From IMG/VR virus record IMGVR_UViG_2541047682_000006: 42,540 nt of DNA; one strand, written 5' to 3'. A program made the translations under genes and the position numbers. Below, piece after piece: positions 1 through 8,128 of this stretch (positions within the stretch are counted from its first letter, which is position 1; each line of letters begins with the position of its first letter). The notes under the pieces were generated by a model, which saw only the letters and a list, made by a program, of their open reading frames with translations, did no database searches and had not been told where the DNA came from. This stretch comes from a virus. Taxonomy: Duplodnaviria > Heunggongvirae > Uroviricota > Caudoviricetes.

Positions 1-2109
1 TTACACCATACTGTTAACCTGGCCGGGTAATTCGCTAGCTGGAATACGAAAGGTATACCAGGCATAACGACAGCGTTTCCACAGGCTGGAGAAATGGAGA
101 TGATAAAGGCAATCTGCAATAATTTCGTTATCTGGATATAAAGACTCGGCAAAATGTGTCCAGCGCGCACTGAGTTTCATGTTAAACAGTTTTTCATCTT
201 CTTTGTTACCATACAGGCGCGACAAAGTAATCATTGCTTCGAGCGTACCTTTATTCGCTTCTTCTTGTACCTGTTGGAGGTGCAAATGAGCAAGTGAGAG
301 TTCTTTCACCTCAAAGATATTAAGTAAAAAAAGCCCCCATGCTTTTTCATGTCCAGCTTCATGAGCCAGAAATAAATTGTCAAGGAGATTTTTTTCATAA
401 ATAGCCCGTGTTTCTTTAGAAATTTCTTGTTTATTTAGTGCCTGGTAGCAGATAGCAATGCTAAAATAAATATTTTGTAGATCTTGTTGATGTTCGCTAT
501 AACCATAATTTTTTACCAGTGGATAAGATACCGAGCTATGGAAATTTAGGTCATCTTGAAGTATTTTAAGTGCCCGTCGAAAATACTCCAAAGCTGTAGA
601 TGGTTCATAAGGTAATTTTGTATTGTCTTCCTTATCCAAATATTCAAGAGCAACTAAATTTAATGCGGCAGGAATATTTCTTTGCTTACCAATTGTCGCA
701 AGCGGAATGAAATAATCAGAAAGGTCAAACCAACTCAAATCTTTTATTGCCGACCGCCAATTATGATTGTATTTAATGTCACTAGTTTTTTCCAGCCAAG
801 CATCGCCCTGCCCTTCATCTTTTTCAAAACCCAAAATACCCTCTCGCTGGAAAAACCCCCTATAAATAACAGGTGTAGCATAAGTTGTATTCTGTGAATT
901 TTGGCAGATAAAATTATATATCCAGAATGAATCTGGATAATAACTTAATGCAAATTTTATCGCGTACGCAGTGTAATAATTATTGAGCTTCATGTCTTCC
1001 ATCACCGCTCGCTGTATACAGCACCACAACTTATCGTGATCGTTCTGCTTGTTATAGCAGGCAAGTAACCACTCTAGGGCATTATGGCGACATTCCTGAA
1101 ATTGTGCGTACTGAGCAATATTCTCTGCTAAGTCGATTGCATATTGTTGCTCCTCGGGCGCAATGTCCTCAATGCTGACATCTCGGTAATCATCCCACCA
1201 AAGTAAGAGATCCATATAGTCATGTTCTTCGGTAGATAAGTGCTTACAGGTTACTGAATCCAGCAATTCGGAAATTTCTTTATGCGACCCTCCCCAGCGT
1301 GGCATTCGAAATGGTATATATTCAACAAAAGGATAAAAAGTGTGAGGAAAAATAGTCAGGCAAACAGAAAGCCAATATTTTTGCCCACCATCATCATCAT
1401 ACTCAGGAAGTATATTGGGGCGAGGCAAAACGGGGCATATTGCATGCTCAAACGAAAGTCCGGAATACGCCATCAACGCTTCCACTTCTTGCGGGGAGCG
1501 GCGGTGATAATTTTTCAGTGCGATCATTAATGGTATTCCTGCGACACTATCACCGTTAAGGTGTGCCGCCAGCCAGGCTGGCTGACCAAATACTTTTGAG
1601 TTGGTGCTGGTAAGTAATGCAGCCATCCATTGTCGTGGGTCACAATCAATTGCTTTAAGTGTAGCGATGACCATTTGTTCATTACATGCACCAGCACAAA
1701 GCCACATTGCATGTGTGGTATCATTTGCCCAGCCATAACTGCGATATAACCATGCACGGTGATTCCAGTATTGTGCTTCGGCAAGCCAGGCATGTGTAGA
1801 ATGAGGTCTTGCTTGCTGCCAGGTTTTAATGAGTCTTAAACCTTCTGTTCCGGCATCAACTAGCGTGTTCATATCATAAAAATAGTTGCACATTTGGGTC
1901 CAGGATAAAAAATAGCGCTTTTCAGCCTGACGAGAAGTGAAACTCTCCTGTAATACCTGGTTATAAATTTCATCTAGTTCCTGATAACGTTTTTCTTGTA
2001 ACATATAAGGAATATTTGCGATTTGCCATTTTCTCTCAAGAGTATTAAGTGGCATTTTTTGGTCACACATCTTTTGCATTGCACTGAGTAAACGAGCATC
2101 CTGTTCCAT
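1..2109 (-). CDS. Hypothetical protein (~702 aa), Trp/Tyr/Cys-rich; third gene of an AT-rich three-gene operon
   Basis: ORF track 1..2148 (stop codon is the first 3 nt of the window). ATG at 2107-2109 is preceded by an AAGGA Shine-Dalgarno and lies 10 nt after the stop of the upstream gene, so it is preferred over the ATG at 2148. No motif I can assign. Confidence 0.6.
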   Translation of the reverse strand: MEQDARLLSAMQKMCDQKMPLNTLERKWQIANIPYMLQEKRYQELDEIYNQVLQESFTSRQAEKRYFLSWTQMCNYFYDMNTLVDAGTEGLRLIKTWQQARPHSTHAWLAEAQYWNHRAWLYRSYGWANDTTHAMWLCAGACNEQMVIATLKAIDCDPRQWMAALLTSTNSKVFGQPAWLAAHLNGDSVAGIPLMIALKNYHRRSPQEVEALMAYSGLSFEHAICPVLPRPNILPEYDDDGGQKYWLSVCLTIFPHTFYPFVEYIPFRMPRWGGSHKEISELLDSVTCKHLSTEEHDYMDLLLWWDDYRDVSIEDIAPEEQQYAIDLAENIAQYAQFQECRHNALEWLLACYNKQNDHDKLWCCIQRAVMEDMKLNNYYTAYAIKFALSYYPDSFWIYNFICQNSQNTTYATPVIYRGFFQREGILGFEKDEGQGDAWLEKTSDIKYNHNWRSAIKDLSWFDLSDYFIPLATIGKQRNIPAALNLVALEYLDKEDNTKLPYEPSTALEYFRRALKILQDDLNFHSSVSYPLVKNYGYSEHQQDLQNIYFSIAICYQALNKQEISKETRAIYEKNLLDNLFLAHEAGHEKAWGLFLLNIFEVKELSLAHLHLQQVQEEANKGTLEAMITLSRLYGNKEDEKLFNMKLSARWTHFAESLYPDNEIIADCLYHLHFSSLWKRCRYAWYTFRIPASELPGQVNSMV

Positions 2110-2119
2110 AGATATCCTT

Positions 2120-2836
2120 TTAATTAGGTTCAAAAATTTTAAATTCATTCCACGGCAATTTTTTCCAGTTACTGGATGGATCTTTCAACCATGCAGTGAC
2201 TTCCTTTAAATCACGGTTCGCAGTGGCGACGGGGGTATCGTATATCATTAACCATTTTTGTCGGGCGCGAACATAAGCACTGGCATAATCTTCCCATGAA
2301 GCGAAACAATCTTGTGCTCTTTGAGCATTCAGTAATAACACTATCCAGGCCTGGTTTTCATCGCACCAGCCTAAACCGGCGATGCAACGAGTTAAAAAAG
2401 CAGTGCGCATACAGTCAAACGCCAGCCCATCCAGAACCTGGCCTTGTGCTGCCAGTTGTTCGTAAAAATCATGTGGAGAATTACCAAGCCCTGTAGCCCA
2501 GCGCTGTAATATAACGCCAATTTGTTGACGGAAATCTTCGTTGCTTTGGTAAGTTTCTGTTCCTAGCTCTTGTTTAACCTGTAGTGCAAGTTGTTGACGC
2601 TTATCATCAGTCAACTTTAAATCTAACGTGAAGCCATTTACTGACAGTCCATTACGACGAGCAACTATATCACCAATTGCTAATGCCCACTTACGTCTCT
2701 TTGTTGCTCGTCTTTTGTCCTTGATTAGATCCTTTTCTTTTTCTTTAGCAATAAAAGCATCGATTTGTGGTTTGTTTTTTTTGTATCTATAGATAAAAAT
2801 AAATATTGCGACCAGGAGAACAATGATAAGACTCAT
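2120..2836 (-). CDS. Membrane-anchored hypothetical protein (N-terminal hydrophobic helix; possibly DUF1266-like by recollection)
   Basis: 238-aa ORF. N-terminus LIIVLLVAIFIFIY is a predicted transmembrane segment followed by a basic stretch. Start ATG overlaps the stop of the upstream gene by 1 nt (TAATG), indicating translational coupling. Confidence 0.55.
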   Translation of the reverse strand: MSLIIVLLVAIFIFIYRYKKNKPQIDAFIAKEKEKDLIKDKRRATKRRKWALAIGDIVARRNGLSVNGFTLDLKLTDDKRQQLALQVKQELGTETYQSNEDFRQQIGVILQRWATGLGNSPHDFYEQLAAQGQVLDGLAFDCMRTAFLTRCIAGLGWCDENQAWIVLLLNAQRAQDCFASWEDYASAYVRARQKWLMIYDTPVATANRDLKEVTAWLKDPSSNWKKLPWNEFKIFEPN

Positions 2837-4050
2837 TATTTTTCAACCTCTGACAGGGGTAAGTAATGAGATGTCTGTAATGTCAAACTCTCTATCTCAA
2901 AGGAAATGTTGCTGATATTTTGACCTGCAAATTGCGGATGCCACTCAGCGCCAGGGAATAACATTTCCGCAGAAGTAGCAACTATAGGGTCAATAGCATT
3001 AAGATAATGTAACTTATCAGGTGCGCTGTGTAACAGTAACCACTGCAACTCCACTGAAGGATTTGTAAAATGTTCTAATAAATGAAAGTTATTATGTAGT
3101 ACGCTTAGTAAAAAACTGGTTTCGTATACTTCCGTTACATATTTCCACCCCTGATATTCAGGTGTATTTTCATAAACAATACCCATACCTTCACAATCAC
3201 TATGTCGAACTGCTTGTGGTGATAATAGTTGCAAAAGAGACAAAACATCGTCCGCATATTTTTTAACTGGATGACGATTTTGCTTACCTTTTATTTGATC
3301 AATTTCAAGTGAATCACCAACAACATTGAGAGCAATAGTAACATGAGGAATATTATTATTATCACGCAAACTGAATAACCGTAATTTATGTTGCTCAATT
3401 TGATTTGCATAATACTCACCATAACCACCGGTAAGATTTTTTCGATCATCAAACTGGCCTACGCAATGTTGCATATGCCATGATTCATAAGCCATTTCAC
3501 GACGAAGGTTCGAATGACTGGCATCAAACTCAACAATTTTTCCGTCTGGCACATCAAGTATTGACTTTACAGTATTTTGTTCACTCGGCTGCCACCCTTT
3601 CTCGCGTCGTTGAAGCATCTTTTCATGCTCTTCTTCACGCATTCTGAACGCAACGTAGCAGGTTATGCGCTGTAGTTTTGATTCCAGACGGGTACCACAT
3701 TTCCTGGAAAGAAATTCCACCAACTCCCGTTCTTTGGTTAATATTTGTTGATGATCGGTTTCGATATAATAAAGTGTCGCAGTTGATACTGAGGCAGTAT
3801 TAAACTTCGATACCAGCCATTCCGGGATTACATCATCATTTTTATTAAACAGTGAATATTCTGCAAGCGAGTTAATTTGTTGCACCATTGGAAAGTCACT
3901 AATTAGCCATCGATAAAAATGGTTGAGTAACCATTTTTGGATGGTCTCATTATCCTGGCGAAACAGACTTCTTTGCAAAATTGCTGTTTTTACTTCCGGG
4001 GCATTAATTACATCCCTTGCATTATAATTCTGGTGAATATTTCCAGTCAT
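2836..4050 (-). CDS. Hypothetical protein (404 aa), first gene of the three-gene operon
   Basis: Long ORF with ATG start at 4048-4050 and a ~480-bp AT-rich upstream region facing yegQ; no recognisable catalytic motif. Confidence 0.55.
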   Translation of the reverse strand: MTGNIHQNYNARDVINAPEVKTAILQRSLFRQDNETIQKWLLNHFYRWLISDFPMVQQINSLAEYSLFNKNDDVIPEWLVSKFNTASVSTATLYYIETDHQQILTKERELVEFLSRKCGTRLESKLQRITCYVAFRMREEEHEKMLQRREKGWQPSEQNTVKSILDVPDGKIVEFDASHSNLRREMAYESWHMQHCVGQFDDRKNLTGGYGEYYANQIEQHKLRLFSLRDNNNIPHVTIALNVVGDSLEIDQIKGKQNRHPVKKYADDVLSLLQLLSPQAVRHSDCEGMGIVYENTPEYQGWKYVTEVYETSFLLSVLHNNFHLLEHFTNPSVELQWLLLHSAPDKLHYLNAIDPIVATSAEMLFPGAEWHPQFAGQNISNISFEIESLTLQTSHYLPLSEVEK

Positions 4051-4537
4051 AACATCCGCCCGTGTTTATTATATCACTCAAAGCAATAATTGTTGACTAT
4101 AGATTTTTTATCTAAATCAGCATGGTTGCAGGTACATACTCAAGTAAGCCACTCAAGAAAATAACGTAAACTCAATAGTGGCAGCGTCACAAACTTTGGA
4201 AATTATGTCTTATATTTGCAGTTTATTTTAGTGAATAATTGAGATAAATGACATTATTTTACATCCTCAATAATTCAGGCTGTAAGAGGACGGCAAATAC
4301 ATTCATAATTATCAGGGGATGAACATTCAGGAAAGTAGTCAGTATCGTCAACTTTTTCTTTTATCACTACATGAAGATTTCGTGTAGATACTCCCATCTC
4401 TGCCACTTCTCCCCTCACATTTACACTGGAGCTAAACCCGCCGATTGCGCTACAATGCCCGCCCTTAAAGTGGGGGCACTCCCCTAACCGCTTCATCAGG
4501 TGAAGCGGCTCTGACCTGTCATCAGAACGAGAGAATT

Positions 4538-5899
4538 ATGTTTAAACCGGAACTCCTTTCCCCGGCGGGAACGCTGAAAAATATGCGTTACGCTTTCGCT
4601 TATGGCGCAGATGCTGTTTATGCGGGCCAGCCGCGTTACTCCCTGCGTGTACGCAACAACGAATTCAACCACGAAAATCTTCAGCTCGGCATCAATGAAG
4701 CCCACGCGCTGGGGAAAAAGTTTTATGTCGTGGTCAACATTGCACCGCACAACGCCAAGCTGAAAACCTTTATCCGTGACCTGAAACCGGTGGTGGAAAT
4801 GGGGCCGGATGCGCTGATTATGTCCGATCCAGGGCTGATTATGCTGGTGCGTGAACACTTCCCGGAAATGCCAATCCACCTCTCGGTACAGGCTAACGCC
4901 GTAAACTGGGCGACGGTGAAATTCTGGCAGCAAATGGGTCTGACCCGCGTGATCCTCTCTCGCGAACTGTCACTGGAAGAGATTGAAGAGATCCGCAATC
5001 AGGTGCCGGATATGGAGATCGAAATCTTCGTTCACGGCGCGCTGTGCATGGCCTACTCCGGTCGCTGCCTGCTCTCTGGCTATATCAACAAGCGCGACCC
5101 GAACCAGGGCACCTGCACCAACGCCTGCCGCTGGGAGTACAATGTCCAGGAAGGGAAAGAAGATGACGTCGGCAACATCGTACACAAGTACGAGCCGATT
5201 CCGGTGCAAAATGTTGAGCCGACGCTGGGTATCGGCGCGCCAACCGACAAAGTGTTTATGATCGAAGAAGCCCAGCGTCCGGGCGAGTATATGACCGCGT
5301 TTGAAGATGAGCACGGCACTTACATCATGAACTCGAAAGATCTGCGCGCCATCGCCCATGTTGAACGCCTGACCAAAATGGGCGTGCATTCGCTGAAAAT
5401 CGAAGGCCGTACCAAATCTTTCTACTATTGCGCACGCACCGCGCAGGTTTACCGTAAAGCTATCGATGACGCCGCTGCGGGCAAACCGTTCGATACCAGC
5501 CTGCTGGAAACGCTGGAAGGTCTGGCGCATCGTGGCTATACCGAAGGTTTCCTGCGTCGTCATACCCACGACGATTATCAGAACTACGAATACGGTTATT
5601 CGGTTTCTGACCGCCAGCAGTTTGTTGGTGAGTTTACCGGTGAGCGCAAGGGGGAGCTCGCGGCGGTAGCGGTGAAAAATAAATTCTCCGTTGGCGACAG
5701 CCTTGAGCTGATGACGCCGCAAGGCAACATTAACTTTACCCTTGAGCATATGGAAAACGCCAAAGGTGAAGCGATGCCGGTCGCACCAGGCGATGGTTAT
5801 ACTGTGTGGCTCCCGGTGCCGCAGGATCTTGAGCTAAATTACGCGCTGCTGATGCGTAATTTCTCCGGGGAAACCACGCGTAACCCCCACGGTAAGTGA
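4538..5899 (+). CDS. yegQ: U32-family peptidase-like protein YegQ (TrhP, tRNA hydroxylation)
   Basis: 453-aa ORF whose translation (MFKPELLSPAGTLKNMRYAFAYGADAVYAGQPRYSLR...) matches my recollection of E. coli YegQ; the Cys-rich segment CTNACRWEY is typical of the U32 family. Confidence 0.9.
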   Translation: MFKPELLSPAGTLKNMRYAFAYGADAVYAGQPRYSLRVRNNEFNHENLQLGINEAHALGKKFYVVVNIAPHNAKLKTFIRDLKPVVEMGPDALIMSDPGLIMLVREHFPEMPIHLSVQANAVNWATVKFWQQMGLTRVILSRELSLEEIEEIRNQVPDMEIEIFVHGALCMAYSGRCLLSGYINKRDPNQGTCTNACRWEYNVQEGKEDDVGNIVHKYEPIPVQNVEPTLGIGAPTDKVFMIEEAQRPGEYMTAFEDEHGTYIMNSKDLRAIAHVERLTKMGVHSLKIEGRTKSFYYCARTAQVYRKAIDDAAAGKPFDTSLLETLEGLAHRGYTEGFLRRHTHDDYQNYEYGYSVSDRQQFVGEFTGERKGELAAVAVKNKFSVGDSLELMTPQGNINFTLEHMENAKGEAMPVAPGDGYTVWLPVPQDLELNYALLMRNFSGETTRNPHGK

Positions 5900-5983
5900 T
5901 TAATTTCGATTATTTTTCCCGGATGGAAAATTCTTAGAAACCGATCACATACAGCTGCATTTATTAAGGTTATCATCCGTTTC

Positions 5984-6070
5984 GCTGAAAAACATAACCC
6001 ATAAAATGCTAGCTGTACCAGGAACCACCTCCTTAGCCTGTGTAATCTCCCTTACGCAGGCTTATTTTTT
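5984..6070 (+). ncRNA. cyaR: CyaR (RyeE) Hfq-dependent sRNA; its 3' terminator end overlaps the prophage attL core
   Basis: 87-nt sequence GCTGAAAAACATAACCCATAAAATGCTAGCTGTACCAGGAACCACCTCCTTAGCCTG...CTTATTTTTT matches the CyaR sRNA as I recall it, ending in a hairpin plus T-tract; position between yegQ and ogr is as in E. coli K-12. Confidence 0.8.
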
Positions 6071-6071
6071 A
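6045..6071. repeat. Prophage attL: 27-bp P2-type integration core (AATCTCCCTTACgcaGGCTTATTTTTTA)
   Basis: Repeated in direct orientation at 41869-41895 with 3 central mismatches; the two copies bracket the whole prophage (ogr side and int side). Confidence 0.7.
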
Positions 6072-6134
6072 CGCGTAACACAATGAAATAAAAGGATTTA
6101 TTTCTGGTCACGTCCACACATTGACCACATCGAC

Positions 6135-6158
6135 AAAAAAGCCCCTCGACTGAGGGGC
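6135..6158 (-). terminator. Rho-independent terminator downstream of ogr
   Basis: GCCCCTC/GAGGGGC stem with 4-nt loop at 6141-6158, followed on the minus strand by a T6 tract (A6 at 6135-6140 on plus). Confidence 0.5.
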
Positions 6159-6171
6159 TTCCTGTTTGTAA

Positions 6172-6390
6172 TTACATCCACATAATTTGCTGCCCTGACG
6201 GCAACGGGTGCGGTCTTACGGCGTGGACTTCTCCCGGCTTCACGATGTATCGCTGTACCGACTCATAAGTGATGAATGTGGCGCTGCAATTCACGTTCTG
6301 ACACTGGTGATAACGCTCTTTTGTCGTGTCAGTGATATAGCGGCTTGTACGCGCATGTGCGGCATGCTGGCATAAAGGACAATGAAACAT
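6172..6390 (-). CDS. ogr: Ogr zinc-finger late-gene transcription activator (P2 Ogr)
   Basis: 72-aa product MFHCPLCQHAAHARTSRYITDTTKERYHQCQNVNCSATF... with a C-x2-C...C-x4-C zinc finger; ATG at 6388-6390 chosen within the longer track ORF 6172..6453. Confidence 0.9.
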   Translation of the reverse strand: MFHCPLCQHAAHARTSRYITDTTKERYHQCQNVNCSATFITYESVQRYIVKPGEVHAVRPHPLPSGQQIMWM

Positions 6391-6471
6391 CGCGAGCACC
6401 TCTTCCGGTTTTGTTGATGGTGCTATTTTAGTTAATTTATCCTTATAAAACAAATAGATAAAATAAAAACA

Positions 6472-7635
6472 TCACTCATCATCTTCTGTTTCGTACTCCA
6501 CATCAGAAAGCCTGACCTCAAGCTCCAAGGACGTCGTGAAGCCGCTATTATTCAGAAAATGTGTCACCTTAGTGATTGTCCAGTCCTGCTCGTCTATGAC
6601 GCGCTTAAAGCCTGACACTTTAACCGGTGTTTCCGTGTAAATATCTGCCCGACCGGTAGCCAGGCTGATGGAGAACTCCGCAACGCCCCGTTGCAGCTTA
6701 TCCCACTTCGCCTGAGCGGCGCGCATGGCCTGCGCTTTCGTGGCATATACCGCGGTCAGGGCAAAAACATTGTCAGCCTCACCTGCCATGTATTCACCTT
6801 CGCGCGCTTCCGGTACTTTTGGCGCTTTCTTCTGCGTGACTGGTTTCGCTTTCGGGTGCTCCAGTGCGCGCAGGTGTTTCTCTTTCTTTTTGCGTTTCAG
6901 TTTTACCTTCTGCTTTTGTGGCTTCGGGTCTTTGGTGTGTAACCACTTTGCCGTTACGCCGGTATAGGCTCCACGGTCAGCAATCGCAAAATGATGGCGG
7001 TCGCCGTCGCTGCGGGTGATGGTAATCTGCGGGATTTTTTTACCGCTGGCCGTCACCCCCTGCCCCGCCTTGAGAAACAACAGTTTTCCCATTTTTACCG
7101 ACACCTCACCGCCGTTGCGTTCAGCAAGGCGGGTCAGGAATTTTGCATCAGACTCCTGCGACTGGTCGATGTGCGGGATTTTAATTCCGGCCAGTGACGG
7201 AGCGACACTGGCTTCCAGCCTGTTACGGGAGGCTATCGCTTCAACAATCGCACCGAGCGTGGTGTCATGCCAGGAGCCTTCACGGCGGGAATTGAGCGTC
7301 CCGCGAAAATCTGCACTCCGGGCGCGGATGGTGACCACATCCGGTGCGCCCCGGTGTTCAACCTCATCAACGGTAAATTTCCCTTTGCATACCAGGGCAA
7401 AACCTTTCCAGCCGATATACACCGTCAGGACAGCGCCACGAACCGGCAGCCCGACCTGCCCGTCGGCATCGTTCAGTTCAATATCAAGCTGGTCAGCCTC
7501 AAAGCCCCGGTTATCCGTCAGGGTCATGCTCATCAGACGGTCGCTGATATTGCCGGTAATATCCCTGTTGTCGAGCATCAGCATGTAATCCGGCGTCAGC
7601 GTACTGCCTGCATCAAATGTCAGTGCATCCAGCAT
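6472..7635 (-). CDS. D: P2 gpD-like tail protein (late control gene D)
   Basis: 387-aa ORF at the P2 position between U and ogr; ATG verified at 7633-7635. Confidence 0.85.
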   Translation of the reverse strand: MLDALTFDAGSTLTPDYMLMLDNRDITGNISDRLMSMTLTDNRGFEADQLDIELNDADGQVGLPVRGAVLTVYIGWKGFALVCKGKFTVDEVEHRGAPDVVTIRARSADFRGTLNSRREGSWHDTTLGAIVEAIASRNRLEASVAPSLAGIKIPHIDQSQESDAKFLTRLAERNGGEVSVKMGKLLFLKAGQGVTASGKKIPQITITRSDGDRHHFAIADRGAYTGVTAKWLHTKDPKPQKQKVKLKRKKKEKHLRALEHPKAKPVTQKKAPKVPEAREGEYMAGEADNVFALTAVYATKAQAMRAAQAKWDKLQRGVAEFSISLATGRADIYTETPVKVSGFKRVIDEQDWTITKVTHFLNNSGFTTSLELEVRLSDVEYETEDDE

Positions 7636-8114
7636 TATCCCGCCCCCGTCATATCCGTGAATTTAGTCGCCATACTGCCAGCCTTACCGATGAGCGATTC
7701 TGCCTGTTTACCGATATCGCCATAAAGCGCGGCCAGTGATTCATCAACGCGGGTGAGCGACAGCGTAAAATCAATTTTCCGGGGTGTGCCGTCTGCAAAG
7801 AAAATACTCCCTGTTTCACTCACCCTGCTGATGACATACATGCCGTAAATCATGCCGGTGCCATCCAGCAACGGCCACGCCCGGCCTTCCTCAGCCATCA
7901 GCCTGAGCGTGGTCATCGTCAGCTTGCCGCCGGTCAGTTCGGGATAAAGCACACCGGCAAGCGTGATATTTTCCTCGCCAACACCGAGAAACTGAAAGGC
8001 ATCCCGTTTGCCGATACGGGAATTTGACGCCCAGCGATAATCTGATTCACGCTGCATGGTCTGGTGTGGCAGCGTCTGGCGCATAAAAACAAACATACCT
8101 AACGCGAGCATCAT
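7635..8114 (-). CDS. U: P2 gpU-like tail protein
   Basis: 159-aa ORF between T and D, overlapping the D start by 1 nt. Confidence 0.85.
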   Translation of the reverse strand: MMLALGMFVFMRQTLPHQTMQRESDYRWASNSRIGKRDAFQFLGVGEENITLAGVLYPELTGGKLTMTTLRLMAEEGRAWPLLDGTGMIYGMYVISRVSETGSIFFADGTPRKIDFTLSLTRVDESLAALYGDIGKQAESLIGKAGSMATKFTDMTGAG

Positions 8115-8128
8115 TTTTCGTCACCTCC

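Noticed and set aside
4275-4496. 73-aa minus-strand ORF between the three-gene operon and yegQ
   Set aside because: Lies in the divergent promoter/leader region of yegQ, has no convincing ribosome-binding site, and its translation is low-complexity and Cys-rich without domain features.
4488-4508. Hairpin CCGCTTCA-tcagg-TGAAGCGG about 30 nt upstream of the yegQ start
   Set aside because: Perfect 8-bp stem but no following T-tract and no second element to suggest an attenuator or riboswitch; noted as a possible leader structure but not reported as a feature.
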